A DNA stretch of 45,005 bases from a virus (IMGVR_UViG_3300011335_000151:1-45005), one strand, 5' to 3'. Shown: positions 9,394 through 19,288, counted from the stretch's first letter. Made by a program: numbers and translations. Notes: a model not told the origin generated them from the letters alone.

Positions 9394-9818
9394 TGGGTAT
9401 TAAGCTGGGTGATATTTCGCCGGTCGCAGGAGCGATAAGCGGTAAAGGTATGTTCGGTAAAGGACTGGCCAAGCTGAATGATGCGCTCGGCCCTATGGCG
9501 GGTCTGGGACCACGCATGGCAGCTTCGGCACAGAAGAAAGACGCCCGACGTGCAGCAACCGCCGCAGAACTGGCGGAAATGCGTAAAGCCGACTTTGACG
9601 CTAAGATGCGTAGCGCATCTGGTATGAAAAAGGGTGGTATGGCCAAGAAGAGCGACATTAAACAAGACAAGGCTATGATCGCCGCAGCCGTACATAAGCA
9701 CGAGCGCGCCAAACATAAGGGCCAGCCACTGACCAAGATGGCCAAGGGTGGCTCCACTGCCTCCAAGCGCGCCGACGGCTGCGCGACCAAGGGCAAAACC
9801 AAAGGAAGGTTTGTGTAA
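9393..9818 (+). CDS. Small basic protein with ASKRADGCATKGKTKG motif
   Basis: Coupled ORF (TAATG at both ends); K/A/G-rich. Confidence 0.8.
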   Translation: MGIKLGDISPVAGAISGKGMFGKGLAKLNDALGPMAGLGPRMAASAQKKDARRAATAAELAEMRKADFDAKMRSASGMKKGGMAKKSDIKQDKAMIAAAVHKHERAKHKGQPLTKMAKGGSTASKRADGCATKGKTKGRFV

Positions 9819-10168
9819 TGGCTGATAAACCGAAAACTACTTATCTAAAACCTGTAGCTCCAAAAGAGGGATACCGTCGTGGCTTTGAGCCTCGCCCCGG
9901 TGAAAGTGATGCCGCCCGTTTGAAGCGCGAACTGGAAGAACTCAAGCGTCGTGCCAAAGGTAGGGCTAGTGGTGCCAATTATGACCACTATAACAACGCC
10001 GCTGGGGGAGCTATCGGCAAGCCGAAGCCCATGCCCATGCCACTACCAAAAGACCCGACCAAAACACCGCCTAAGAGTGGTGTAAAGAAGATGGCTGCTG
10101 GTGGCTCCGCCTCCAAGCGCGCCGACGGCTGCGCAACCAAGGGTAAGACGAAAGGGCGTTTTGTCTGA
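9818..10168 (+). CDS. Small basic protein with ASKRADGCATKGKTKG motif
   Basis: Coupled ORF; last 19 aa identical to those of the previous gene. Confidence 0.8.
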   Translation: MADKPKTTYLKPVAPKEGYRRGFEPRPGESDAARLKRELEELKRRAKGRASGANYDHYNNAAGGAIGKPKPMPMPLPKDPTKTPPKSGVKKMAAGGSASKRADGCATKGKTKGRFV

Positions 10169-10428
10169 TGGCTAAGACACCTGCTTGGACCCGCAAGGAA
10201 GGGAAGAATCCCAAAGGTGGCCTCAATGCCAAAGGCCGTGCGTCGGCCAAGGCACAGGGCATGAACCTCAAACCTCCAGTTTCGGCCAAGCAGGCCAAGA
10301 AGTCCCCCAAGTCCGCCGCACGACGTAAAAGCTTTTGTGCTCGGATGTCAGGGATGCCGGGACCGATGAAAGACGAGAAAGGTCGTCCAACACGTAAAGC
10401 TCTGTCGCTCCGTAAGTGGGATTGCTGA
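10168..10428 (+). CDS. Small basic phage protein (RRKSFCARM family, DUF6321-like from memory)
   Basis: PAWTRKEGKNPKGGLN, RRKSFCARM, LRKWDC; coupled ORF. Confidence 0.8.
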   Translation: MAKTPAWTRKEGKNPKGGLNAKGRASAKAQGMNLKPPVSAKQAKKSPKSAARRKSFCARMSGMPGPMKDEKGRPTRKALSLRKWDC

Positions 10429-10429
10429 C

Positions 10430-10678
10430 ATGGAGATGATGCTATGGAACATCGTACTGAGCGTAGTGGTGGCGGTTATGGGATTCTTCCTTAAGGGGAA
10501 GATCGACGAGTTGGATCGTCTCGGCATCCTACTCAACAAGACCCGTGAAGAAATCGCCCGCGAGCATGTGACTCGTGCGGAGATGAACACACTGGTTGAT
10601 AAGTTAGGAGACCGGTTCGACCGGGCCTTCGAGCGCCTTGAAGCTAAAGTTGAAGAGATTGGAAGGACGAAGTCATGA
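10430..10678 (+). CDS. Small membrane-anchored coiled-coil protein
   Basis: N-terminal hydrophobic helix WNIVLSVVVAVMGFFL followed by a heptad pattern. Confidence 0.75.
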   Translation: MEMMLWNIVLSVVVAVMGFFLKGKIDELDRLGILLNKTREEIAREHVTRAEMNTLVDKLGDRFDRAFERLEAKVEEIGRTKS

Positions 10679-11067
10679 TGGATAAGAAGAAAAAGTCGAT
10701 GCCCCCGCAGCCAACTGCTGCTGAGCGCGCAGCGGATGCTAAGTTCCGTAAGTCCGTAAAGGACCTCAAAGTTACGCCTGCACAGGGTAAGGTAATCGAC
10801 AGCGCAAACCGTTCCGAAGGTCCGGGCTATAAAAAGGGTGGCAAAATGGCACCCAAGTTCGGCGCTGCAATGGTGAAGAAGTCTGCCGACACCAAGGGTC
10901 GTGCAATGGTCAAGAAGGCCGGTGGCGGCAAATGCTACGCTTCGGGTGGCTCAGTTTCCTCTGCTTCCAAGCGTGCCGACGGTTGCGCTACCAAGGGTAA
11001 GACCAAGGGCAAGATGTTGGCGATGGGTGGCATGGCTGGCTACAAGCGCGGTGGGAAAACCTGCTAA
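10675..11067 (+). CDS. Small basic protein with ASKRADGCATKGKTKG motif
   Basis: Third copy of the motif; several x-x-x-GG repeats; ATGA overlap. Confidence 0.8.
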   Translation: MMDKKKKSMPPQPTAAERAADAKFRKSVKDLKVTPAQGKVIDSANRSEGPGYKKGGKMAPKFGAAMVKKSADTKGRAMVKKAGGGKCYASGGSVSSASKRADGCATKGKTKGKMLAMGGMAGYKRGGKTC

Positions 11068-11345
11068 TGCGTGCCTGTCGGGGTATGGGGATCATGAATC
11101 CCTCTAAAATGCCGGGGGCGAAGACAATTCGTCGGAAGGATAACCCCGACGAGGTAAAGGTCTATGCCAAGGGTGGTGAGTCCAAGGTCAATGAGGCCGG
11201 AAACTACACGAAGCCCGGTATGCGCAAGTCTTTATTTAACGCAATCAAAGCGGGTGGTAAAGGCGGCGCACCGGGCCAGTGGTCAGCCCGTAAGGCACAA
11301 ATGCTGGCGATGCAGTATAAGAAGAAGGGTGGCGGCTACAAGTGA
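11067..11345 (+). CDS. Small basic phage protein
   Basis: NYTKP, GQWSARKAQ, YKKKGGGY motifs; coupled ORF. Confidence 0.8.
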   Translation: MRACRGMGIMNPSKMPGAKTIRRKDNPDEVKVYAKGGESKVNEAGNYTKPGMRKSLFNAIKAGGKGGAPGQWSARKAQMLAMQYKKKGGGYK

Positions 11346-11596
11346 GCGGACTTGCTAAATCCCAGCAGAGCCTGAAGAATTGGACCAAGCAGAAGTGGCG
11401 GACCAAGAGCGGTAAGCCATCGACGCAAGGGTCCAAGGCGACAGGTGAGCGGTACCTACCAGAGAACGCGATAAAGTCTCTGTCTCCTGCTGAATATGCA
11501 GCGACGACAAAGGCCAAGCGGGCTGGTAAGGCCAAGGGTAAGCAGTTCGTGAAGCAGCCTAAGACCATCGCAAAGAAGACGAAGGGGTTCAGGTAA
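11342..11596 (+). CDS. Small basic phage protein (DUF5872-like from memory)
   Basis: SLKNWTKQKW, ERYLP, KQFVKQP; GTGA overlap. Confidence 0.78.
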   Translation: MSGLAKSQQSLKNWTKQKWRTKSGKPSTQGSKATGERYLPENAIKSLSPAEYAATTKAKRAGKAKGKQFVKQPKTIAKKTKGFR

Positions 11597-11871
11597 TGGC
11601 ACTTAAACCAACCGATAAAAAAGCTAATCCCGGATTAGCTAAACTACCTACAGACGTGCGCAATAAAATGGGCTATGCGAAGAAGGGTGGTAGTACAAAG
11701 TTCATCCAAAAAGCGATCAAGAAGCCCGGCGCACTCCGTGCGGAGCTTGGCGTTAAGAAGGGTGAGAAAATCCCAGCAGGAAAACTTGCCAAAGCTGCCA
11801 AAGCCCCCGGCAAGTTAGGCCAGCGTGCGCGGTTCGCTCAACTCTTGAAGGGTTTCAAGAAAGGTAAGTAA
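11596..11871 (+). CDS. Small basic phage protein
   Basis: IQKAIKKPGALR...LGQRARFA motif; coupled ORF. Confidence 0.78.
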   Translation: MALKPTDKKANPGLAKLPTDVRNKMGYAKKGGSTKFIQKAIKKPGALRAELGVKKGEKIPAGKLAKAAKAPGKLGQRARFAQLLKGFKKGK

Positions 11872-12581
11872 TGACCACAAGCGGCACTTCAGCATTTAAC
11901 CTGAACCTTAACGAACTCGTTGAGGAAGCGTTCGAGCGCTGTGGTGCCGAGCTTCGGACGGGCTATGACCTGCGTACGGCGCGGCGCAGCCTGAACCTGC
12001 TTACGATTGAGTGGGCAAACCGTGGTATTAACCTGTGGACCATCGAGCAAGGCTCAATCCCCATGGTGCAGGGGCAGATTGTCTACGACCTTCCTGTAGA
12101 TACCATCGACCTGCTTGACCATGTGATCCGTACGCAGACTGGCCAAGGCCAGACGGATATCAACATTACCCGTATCAGTATAGACACATACTCTACGATC
12201 CCGAACAAGAACGCTCAAGGGCGTCCTATCCAAGTTTGGATCAATCGCCAGTCAGGTGCGACTGAGCCGGTATCCGGCGTGGCTTACCCTCAAATCAACG
12301 TCTGGCCCGCCCCTGAGCAGTCGGACTACTACACGTTCGTCTACTGGCGGCTTCGCCGTATTCAGGATGCTGGCAACGGTATCACGACGCAGGACATCCC
12401 GTTCCGCTTCCTGCCGTGCATGGTAGCTGGTTTGGCATATCATCTGTCGAAGAAAATCCCCGGCGCGCTTGAGCGCAGCCAGATGCTCAAGATGGAATAT
12501 GAAGAGTTGTGGCAGCAAGCTGCCGACGAGGACCGTGAAAAGGCGTCGTTGCGCATCGCACCGCGTCAGATGTTCTATTAA
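11871..12581 (+). CDS. Head-tail adaptor / gatekeeper-like virion protein
   Basis: Helical N-terminus EEAFERCG, ARRSLN, WANRG, then beta region and GLAYHLS helix, the usual adaptor architecture. Confidence 0.65.
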   Translation: MTTSGTSAFNLNLNELVEEAFERCGAELRTGYDLRTARRSLNLLTIEWANRGINLWTIEQGSIPMVQGQIVYDLPVDTIDLLDHVIRTQTGQGQTDINITRISIDTYSTIPNKNAQGRPIQVWINRQSGATEPVSGVAYPQINVWPAPEQSDYYTFVYWRLRRIQDAGNGITTQDIPFRFLPCMVAGLAYHLSKKIPGALERSQMLKMEYEELWQQAADEDREKASLRIAPRQMFY

Positions 12582-12590
12582 GGAGACAGC

Positions 12591-13031
12591 ATGCCAAATA
12601 GGTTTGCCTCCGGTAAATGGGCAATTTCGCAGTGTGACCGCTGCGGGTTCCGCTATAAGCTAAAGCAGCTTCGGCGTCTCGTCATCAAGACGAAGAACGT
12701 CAATATACTCGTGTGCCCATCGTGCTGGGAACCAGACCAACCGCAGCTTCAACTTGGTATGTATCCGGTCGATGACCCTCAGGCGCTGCGTAACCCGCGC
12801 CCTGACACGACATATTACCAAGGCGGCTTGACTGGCCTCCAAGAAGAAACACAGGGCGAAGTGCCCAACGAAAACGTGCTGGCGTTCGGTACACCGTCAG
12901 GTGGTAGCCGTGTAATCCAGTGGGGGTGGAACCCTGTCGGCCTGAATGATCCTTTGGGTTTGTCCGGCCTTGTAAATGTGCTATTAGCACAAGGTGACGT
13001 AGGCACCGTAACTGTTCAGACGGAGAATTAA
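12591..13031 (+). CDS. Zinc-ribbon protein
   Basis: AAGGAG RBS; CDRC and CPSC pairs; DPQALRNPRPD. Confidence 0.78.
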   Translation: MPNRFASGKWAISQCDRCGFRYKLKQLRRLVIKTKNVNILVCPSCWEPDQPQLQLGMYPVDDPQALRNPRPDTTYYQGGLTGLQEETQGEVPNENVLAFGTPSGGSRVIQWGWNPVGLNDPLGLSGLVNVLLAQGDVGTVTVQTEN

Positions 13032-13032
13032 A

Positions 13033-13158
13033 ATGGCTAAAGGTGGCAAGACGAATAAGCAGATGCTGAATTTGGGCCGTAATCTGGCGAAGATTGCGAA
13101 CCAGAAGAGCGGCAGCAAGCCGAAGAAGGACATGGGAAAGGTCAATAAAAATGGCTGA
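13033..13158 (+). CDS. 41-aa basic protein, absent from the ORF track
   Basis: GGAG RBS; MAKGGKTNKQMLNLGRNLAKIANQKSGSKPKKDMGKVNKNG*; exactly fills the gap between neighbours. Confidence 0.7.
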   Translation: MAKGGKTNKQMLNLGRNLAKIANQKSGSKPKKDMGKVNKNG

Positions 13159-13303
13159 GATGAAGAAGATGCCTCAGGTCTATACACAGGCCGACCTCGG
13201 CAATAACGGCTACCCAAACAAGGTCGCCAACACCCAGACGCTGAAGACTCGCGGTACGGGTGCGGCTACTAAAGGTACGCACAGCAGCAAGAAGATGGGC
13301 TAA
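13151..13303 (+). CDS. 50-aa basic protein
   Basis: ATG 13151; KTRGTGAATKG motif; stop overlaps the next start. Confidence 0.72.
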   Translation: MAEMKKMPQVYTQADLGNNGYPNKVANTQTLKTRGTGAATKGTHSSKKMG

Positions 13304-13983
13304 TGAACTACGCTGAACTGTTCGAGACGATAAAGGGGTACGTCGAAAACGACTTCCCCAATACCTCATGGACCGACTCTGCCGGTTCCGGCACGGTGAC
13401 GTTTACGTCTACCGAACAGATCAACACGTTCATTCAGCAGGCCGAGCAGCGTATCTTCAACACGGTCCAGCTTCTGGACCTGCGCAAGAACGTGACCGGT
13501 AACGTCACTTCGGGGAACAAGTACCTTTCGGTGCCCTCCGACTGGCTTGCTAACTTCTCGCTGGCCGTGATCGACGGTGATGGGAATTACGAATATCTGC
13601 TGAACAAGGATGTGAACTTCATCCGGCAGGCGTACCCCAACCCGAACGATCAGGGTCTCCCATATTGCTACGCCTATTTCGACGAGAACTCGTACATCCT
13701 AGGGCCAACGCCAGACGCGAACTACGCAGTCGAACTACATTACTTCTACTACCCACAGTCCATTGTGGAAGCTGGTACGTCTTGGTTGGGTGATAACTTC
13801 GACAGCGCGCTGCTTTACGGTTCGTTGTTGGAAGCCTATACCTACATGAAGGGCGAGGCGGATGTCATTGCTGGTTACCAGAAACGGTACGAAGAGGCGA
13901 TGGGTCTGCTCAAACAACTTGGCGACGGCAAGAACCGTCAGGACATGTATCGTTCTGGCCAAGTTCGGTATCCTGTGAGGTAG
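13303..13983 (+). CDS. Second adaptor / tail tubular-like virion protein
   Basis: MNYAEL, FIQQAEQRI, LGPTPD, LLYGSLLEAY pattern of podovirus adaptor proteins. Confidence 0.65.
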   Translation: MNYAELFETIKGYVENDFPNTSWTDSAGSGTVTFTSTEQINTFIQQAEQRIFNTVQLLDLRKNVTGNVTSGNKYLSVPSDWLANFSLAVIDGDGNYEYLLNKDVNFIRQAYPNPNDQGLPYCYAYFDENSYILGPTPDANYAVELHYFYYPQSIVEAGTSWLGDNFDSALLYGSLLEAYTYMKGEADVIAGYQKRYEEAMGLLKQLGDGKNRQDMYRSGQVRYPVR

Positions 13984-13984
13984 T

Positions 13985-14266
13985 ATGTTTAACGGTTTAA
14001 ACGATGTCGGAAGTGTGATGGTCATGGCGACCGAAGGACGTGGTTTCACGCCTGAGGAAACTGCTGAGCGCGCTCTCGACAAAATCATTTATGTGGGCAG
14101 TCAGGCACACCCTGCTATCCGCGATCAGGCCGAAGCCTTCAAAGACAGCATCCGTCAGGTGCTCGTTCACTACATGCACGAGGCTGTGCGGTCCCATAAC
14201 GTAACTCTGGTTAATAAATTCAAGCAGGCGGGTCACCCAGAGTTGATTCCGATCCTCGACGCATAA
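13985..14266 (+). CDS. Hypothetical protein
   Basis: GAGG RBS; in-operon ORF; IRDQAEAFK motif. Confidence 0.75.
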   Translation: MFNGLNDVGSVMVMATEGRGFTPEETAERALDKIIYVGSQAHPAIRDQAEAFKDSIRQVLVHYMHEAVRSHNVTLVNKFKQAGHPELIPILDA

Positions 14267-14278
14267 GGAGGCCATTAG

Positions 14279-14758
14279 ATGCCAATCACACAAGCAATGT
14301 GCACCAGCTTTAAGGCCGAGCTTATGCTGGCCGTGCACGATTTCCGCGCTACCGGTGGCGACACCTTCAAGCTGGCGCTGTATACCTCGTCCGCTTCATT
14401 GGACGCTAACACCACGGCGTATAGCTCGTCGAACGAAGTTTCGTCTTCTGGCACCAACTACACCGCTGGCGGTGGTTCGCTGACCAACCTTGGTGTTGTG
14501 ACGTCGAACAACACGTCTTCGACGGGTACCGGCTTCACCGACTTCTCGGACCTGACCTTCGCCAACGCGACGATTACGGCTCGTGGAGCGCTGATCTATA
14601 ACAGCACGCCTTCGGCTAACTCGAACGCCAACACCACGCTGACCAATGCGGCTGTGGCTGTGCTGGACTTCGGGTCGGACAAGACCTCGACGAACGGTGA
14701 CTTCACCATCATCTTCCCGACGGCAACCAACACCACTGCTATTATCCGGATCGCCTAA
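14279..14758 (+). CDS. Putative tail structural protein
   Basis: AAGGAGG RBS; FKLALYT, YTAGG, TARGALIYN, VLDFG; T/S/N-rich. Confidence 0.7.
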   Translation: MPITQAMCTSFKAELMLAVHDFRATGGDTFKLALYTSSASLDANTTAYSSSNEVSSSGTNYTAGGGSLTNLGVVTSNNTSSTGTGFTDFSDLTFANATITARGALIYNSTPSANSNANTTLTNAAVAVLDFGSDKTSTNGDFTIIFPTATNTTAIIRIA

Positions 14759-16782
14759 TGCCTCTTGTTCTCGCTGATCGTGTCCGCGACACCACCACTA
14801 CGACTGGTACTGGCACGGTAACGCTCAGCGGGACCGCACCTACTGGCTATCAGAATTTCTCGGTAATTGGGAACGGCAACACCACCTATTACACGATTAA
14901 CGCAGGTTCTCAGTGGGAAGTCGGCATCGGGACCTATTCGTCCACTGGACCTACGCTTTCCCGCACGATTGTGCTTTCTTCCAGTTCCAGTGGGTCGTTG
15001 GTAAACTTCTCTGCTGGCACTAAGGACGTCTTCGTGACCTACCCCTCAGGGGAGTCCGTATATCAAGACGGGACAGCGATTGCGGCAGGCACCTCCATCC
15101 TTGGGGTCACCAACGGTGGTACGGGTACCAACACTACTTTCACGTCAGGGTCGGTCGTCTTCGCTGGTGCGTCCGGTGTTTATTCGCAGGATAACGCAAA
15201 CCTGTTCTGGGACGACAGCAACAACCGCCTCGGTATTGGCAACACGACTCCCGGTTATAGGCTCGAAGTCACGGGTGACCTTCGCCTCGGTAGTGGTGGC
15301 GACCTCCGTCTAGGGTCTGCAACAGGCACGACCACTTCTGCTGGCGATAGTTCGATCTTCAGCGACGCCAATGACATGAACTTCAGTGTTGGCAGCAATA
15401 TTCGGATGTACATCGCCAACGGCGGCAACGTGGGTATCGGCAACACTGGCCCCACCTACCGGCTCGACGTCTCCTCGGCAGACACAACTGCTGGACTTGG
15501 CTATGCTATGCGCATCCGCGCCAACGCAACGGCAGCGGGCGGCGCGTTCCAGTTCACCGACAGCGGCGCTACGGCGCAGTGGGGCTACTTGGCTGCTACG
15601 TCCACCTCGGTGACCTTGGATTGTTCGTCCGCAGGTTCGGTCGTTTTTCGCACCAACGGTAGCGAGCGTATGCGCATCACCAGCGCGGGCGACGTCGGGG
15701 TTGGCACGACGACACCAACATTCCGTCTGGTAGCCGCAAATACCAACTTTGATGGTGTGGGTCTGGGTAGTTCTAGCACCTATTCGTTCGCAACTCTTGG
15801 CGGGTATTTTAGCAGCACTGCTGGGGCTGCGCAGATTGGATATGAGCGTTCAACCGGCGCGTTTGTTTTTGGTAACGGGACACGCGATGTCCCCACAGAG
15901 CGCATGCGGATTGATAGCAGCGGTAATGTCGGGATCGGCACCACCAATCCAAACTACAAGCTCGAAGTCTTCGGCAGCCCAGCATGGATGAGAAACTTTG
16001 CTGGCACCCCGTCGTCCCCAACTGAGACGCAGGATTGGCCAGTTGCGGCGTTCAACGTGGCGTCTTACGGTGACTTCAGTTTGCAGACCATGATGGCGTT
16101 CACGCTGCCGAACGATGGGAACTATTTTCTCGGCTACGGCGTTTGGAACTTCAAGCTTGATCAGACCGCAAGCTCGACCACTTCGTCAGGTGTTAACGGC
16201 ATGCAGTTTGGTGGCCCCGGCTATCTCGCGTTCATGCCCGGCACCAGCGAGAAAGCGCGCATTACCAGCGCGGGATACCTTCTTGTAGGCACGACTGCCC
16301 CCTTAGCGGGTAACACCTCAAACGAGTTCAAGAACACAGGTGCAGGCTCGTGGCCGCTCACGCTCAACGCAAATGATCGCGGTCTTTTGGTCCGCAATTC
16401 GGCGGCAGGTAGCGGTTTTTATGCGTACTTTGAGTACAACGGCGGCACCAACAACGGGTCTATCTCGTGGTCTGGCGGTACGACCGCGTACAATACCACA
16501 TCGGATTACCGTCTAAAGGAAATTGACGGCCCAATCACCAATAGTGGCGCGTACATCGACGCGCTGAACCCAGTGCAAGGTAGTTGGAAGGCGGATGGCA
16601 CACGTTTCGTTGGTCTTGTTGCGCACGAGGTTCAGGAAGTCTCCTCGACCCCTGTGGTCACTGGCGAGAAGGACGGCGAGATGATGCAACAGATGGACTA
16701 CTCTTCGCCCGAAATTATTGGTAATATGATCGCAGAACTTAAGTCACTCCGTGCCCGTGTGGCGCAACTAGAAGGAAAATAA
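14758..16782 (+). CDS. Tail fibre 1 with C-terminal intramolecular chaperone (peptidase S74)
   Basis: Repeated ERMRI-x-S-x-GNVGIGT units; TSDYRLK cleavage motif; GLVAHEVQEV; terminal coiled coil. Confidence 0.88.
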   Translation: MPLVLADRVRDTTTTTGTGTVTLSGTAPTGYQNFSVIGNGNTTYYTINAGSQWEVGIGTYSSTGPTLSRTIVLSSSSSGSLVNFSAGTKDVFVTYPSGESVYQDGTAIAAGTSILGVTNGGTGTNTTFTSGSVVFAGASGVYSQDNANLFWDDSNNRLGIGNTTPGYRLEVTGDLRLGSGGDLRLGSATGTTTSAGDSSIFSDANDMNFSVGSNIRMYIANGGNVGIGNTGPTYRLDVSSADTTAGLGYAMRIRANATAAGGAFQFTDSGATAQWGYLAATSTSVTLDCSSAGSVVFRTNGSERMRITSAGDVGVGTTTPTFRLVAANTNFDGVGLGSSSTYSFATLGGYFSSTAGAAQIGYERSTGAFVFGNGTRDVPTERMRIDSSGNVGIGTTNPNYKLEVFGSPAWMRNFAGTPSSPTETQDWPVAAFNVASYGDFSLQTMMAFTLPNDGNYFLGYGVWNFKLDQTASSTTSSGVNGMQFGGPGYLAFMPGTSEKARITSAGYLLVGTTAPLAGNTSNEFKNTGAGSWPLTLNANDRGLLVRNSAAGSGFYAYFEYNGGTNNGSISWSGGTTAYNTTSDYRLKEIDGPITNSGAYIDALNPVQGSWKADGTRFVGLVAHEVQEVSSTPVVTGEKDGEMMQQMDYSSPEIIGNMIAELKSLRARVAQLEGK

Positions 16783-16783
16783 A

Positions 16784-17113
16784 ATGCCTATCACAAACAC
16801 TTGGGCCGTTGTGCAGATGGACGCATACCCAGAAGTAGACGGTGAAACCGATGTGGTATTCAATGTCCACTGGACGCTGACCGGCACGGACGGCACTTAT
16901 TCCGGCAACGTCTACGGCGCACAGGCTGTCACCACTGACCCAGACGCTCCATTTACACCTTATGCCGACCTGACTGAAGAGCAGGTCATTGGTTGGGTGC
17001 AGGCTGCTATGGGTGAAGAAATCGTAGCGGGTTACGAAGCAAACGTCGCCGCTCAGATTGCTGACCAAGCCAATCCACCTGTTGTCACTCCAACCCTCCC
17101 TTGGGGCACATGA
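16784..17113 (+). CDS. Tail fibre-associated small acidic protein
   Basis: Follows fibre 1; VHW, FTPYADLTEEQVIGWV, LPW end. Confidence 0.7.
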   Translation: MPITNTWAVVQMDAYPEVDGETDVVFNVHWTLTGTDGTYSGNVYGAQAVTTDPDAPFTPYADLTEEQVIGWVQAAMGEEIVAGYEANVAAQIADQANPPVVTPTLPWGT

Positions 17114-17901
17114 TGATCCGGCGCGTTCTGGTAGGTTTCGTGGGTGCCGTTAGTGCGGCTTCTATGGTGCTCGCTCAGAGCGCGCCAACATCTTACGTGT
17201 ACGACACTACGACGAATAGCACGTCGAACAACACCAATACGAATAACAACAACAGCACGTCGGCTAGCACGTCTACCAACACAAACACGAACACCAACGT
17301 CAACCAGAATATCAACTCTGGGACGGTGACCAACATCAACCAGAACACCAATGTGAACTCTGGCACGATGACGAACATCAACCAGAACAACAGCACCAGC
17401 ACCTCGGTGAACTCGAACTCGAACCACAACTATAACAACGACACGTCGAACTCGACGGTCAACAGCACCTCGACGGCGAACAACGTCAACCAGAACAACA
17501 ACGTGAACGTATCCGACAGCAAGAGCTATAGCGAGAGCATCAACCGGCAGGTTATCGACCAGAATATCAAGTCGCCTCCGCCCAGCGCTATTGCGCCGTC
17601 CATGATGTCCTACAGCCAAGACCTTTGCACCACTGGCCAATCTGGTGCGGTGCAGACGCAGATTATCGGTCTCTCGGCGGGTCGCACCGTGCGTGACCAG
17701 AACTGTGAGCGGATGAAGCTATCGAAGACCCTGTACGACATGGGTATGCGCGTTGCCGCTGTGAGCCTCCTATGCCAAGACCCACGCGTCTTTAAGGCGA
17801 TGGAGATGGCCGGAACGCCCTGCCCGTTCATGGGTAAGATTGGCGAGGAAGCAACAACGGCTTGGGAAGAAAATGCCGACCGCCGCCCCGACGCAGAATA
17901 A
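17110..17901 (+). CDS. Exported protein with Asn/Thr/Ser-rich region and Cys-containing C-terminal domain
   Basis: Signal peptide ending VLA-Q; N/T/S low-complexity tract; C...NCERMKL...LLCQD...GTPCP. Confidence 0.8.
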   Translation: MMIRRVLVGFVGAVSAASMVLAQSAPTSYVYDTTTNSTSNNTNTNNNNSTSASTSTNTNTNTNVNQNINSGTVTNINQNTNVNSGTMTNINQNNSTSTSVNSNSNHNYNNDTSNSTVNSTSTANNVNQNNNVNVSDSKSYSESINRQVIDQNIKSPPPSAIAPSMMSYSQDLCTTGQSGAVQTQIIGLSAGRTVRDQNCERMKLSKTLYDMGMRVAAVSLLCQDPRVFKAMEMAGTPCPFMGKIGEEATTAWEENADRRPDAE

Positions 17902-19288
17902 GCGCCTCGTTGCTTTACTGGTTGCGTTACTGGTCAGCACATCTGCGTCTGCTCAAACCTATGAGCCTGTCTTAATCCCTCCGCAGATCAATGGCACCCC
18001 GACAACAATGACGCCGCTTAATTTGGGCGATGATGCCACGCGGAATCTGCCACTTGGGTTTGAGTTTGAATACTGGGGCCAGAAATTTACTGACGTTTGG
18101 GTGTCGTCTAATGGCTTTGTGTCATTCCAAAGCGGCGCGCATCTGTGCTGCAATGGTCGGCCCATAGAAATGGCGCAGCGCAATACGATATACGCCTATT
18201 GGTCAGACCTAATCAGCTACACTGGTAACCCATATTATCGTCGCAGTGACGGCTCGATCCTGTTTGGCTGGTATAATGTCCAAGAATACGGCACGAACAA
18301 CAGCAGCACCTTCGAGATTGGCCTCTTTGCCGACGGTAGGATACAACTGAACTTCGGCAACCTTGGCTTCTCTGGCTATCGCGACTTTACTGCGGGCCTC
18401 ACCGGCCCCACCGCAGATGACAATATATCCCTCTTTTACGGGCGAAACCCTCAGTACCTTCAGAACCAATCCGGCATCTTGTCGTGGATGATGCCAACGC
18501 CAGTCGTTGACTGTAACGTGACGCCTATGGACCCAAGCTGCCCGCCAACCACCATCGACGCTACCCCCGACCCCCTAGAAGCCGTTGCCGAAGCCGTTGA
18601 GCAGAGTGTGGACCTTACGCCAGAAGAGATGGAGCAAGTCCTCGAAGTGGCTGTCGCGGCGCTTGAGCAGGCGGAGGAATCCGTAGCAGCGGCTGAAGAA
18701 GCAGAAGAACCCGAAACCACCACAGAGGTCGCTACGCGTGAGGCCGACACAGCCGAACGTCTGGAACCCGACCAAGTTGCTGCGCTGGCCGCAAGTGGCT
18801 CAGACTTTGGCGGTGCGCAACAAGATGATAGTACCCAAGGAACGCAAGACGGTTCGTCAGGCACGTTCACGACACAAATGCGCTTCGATACTACGTTTGG
18901 TGGGGTGTTTGGGCAGGGACCAACTATATCCGTAGCGCAGAGCGCGTCACCGTTGGATGCGGCAATCTCGGCGGGTAGTCCGTTGTCTATGGCCAACACG
19001 GCTGAAATTCTAGGTCTTGGGTCCTCTACGGCTACACCGTCCGGTGCAAACACGCCTCCGGCTGACAACGACGTGTCCGACGAAGAGAGCGAAACCATCT
19101 CTGCGATGGGGGCCGTACCGGGCTTCGCCGCGTACACACAGGCGTCCTTGCAAGATAGGGCTGACTTTTACGCAATTCGTGATATATACCGCAGACGTGT
19201 GCTGCGGGACGCAAACTTTGAAATGTATCGTATGATGCAAACGAATGATGCCCGTTGGCAGGAGATGGTAGATGAGCAGTACAGATGA
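17873..19288 (+). CDS. Exported protein with nidogen/NIDO-like N-terminal domain and acidic stalk
   Basis: Signal peptide ending ASA-Q; GDD...LGFEFEYWG...VSSNGFVSF...IYAYWSDL pattern; E/A-rich region. Confidence 0.7.
   Translation: MPTAAPTQNKRLVALLVALLVSTSASAQTYEPVLIPPQINGTPTTMTPLNLGDDATRNLPLGFEFEYWGQKFTDVWVSSNGFVSFQSGAHLCCNGRPIEMAQRNTIYAYWSDLISYTGNPYYRRSDGSILFGWYNVQEYGTNNSSTFEIGLFADGRIQLNFGNLGFSGYRDFTAGLTGPTADDNISLFYGRNPQYLQNQSGILSWMMPTPVVDCNVTPMDPSCPPTTIDATPDPLEAVAEAVEQSVDLTPEEMEQVLEVAVAALEQAEESVAAAEEAEEPETTTEVATREADTAERLEPDQVAALAASGSDFGGAQQDDSTQGTQDGSSGTFTTQMRFDTTFGGVFGQGPTISVAQSASPLDAAISAGSPLSMANTAEILGLGSSTATPSGANTPPADNDVSDEESETISAMGAVPGFAAYTQASLQDRADFYAIRDIYRRRVLRDANFEMYRMMQTNDARWQEMVDEQYR

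Larger units (their letters stand above)
9759..11010 (+). repeat. Three dispersed ~48-bp coding repeats (about 9759-9806, 10108-10155, 10963-11010)
   Basis: GCYTCCAAGCGYGCCGACGGYTGCGCNACCAAGGGYAARACSAARGG in three genes; differences are synonymous. Confidence 0.92.

Noticed and set aside
9759-11010. CRISPR-like array
   Set aside because: Repeats are coding, irregularly spaced by hundreds of bp and vary at synonymous sites. The Cas4-like nuclease is an ordinary phage replication gene.
17200-17520. AAC-rich tract as non-coding repeat or DGR template
   Set aside because: It is the in-frame Asn/Thr/Ser region of an exported protein, and no second copy was seen.
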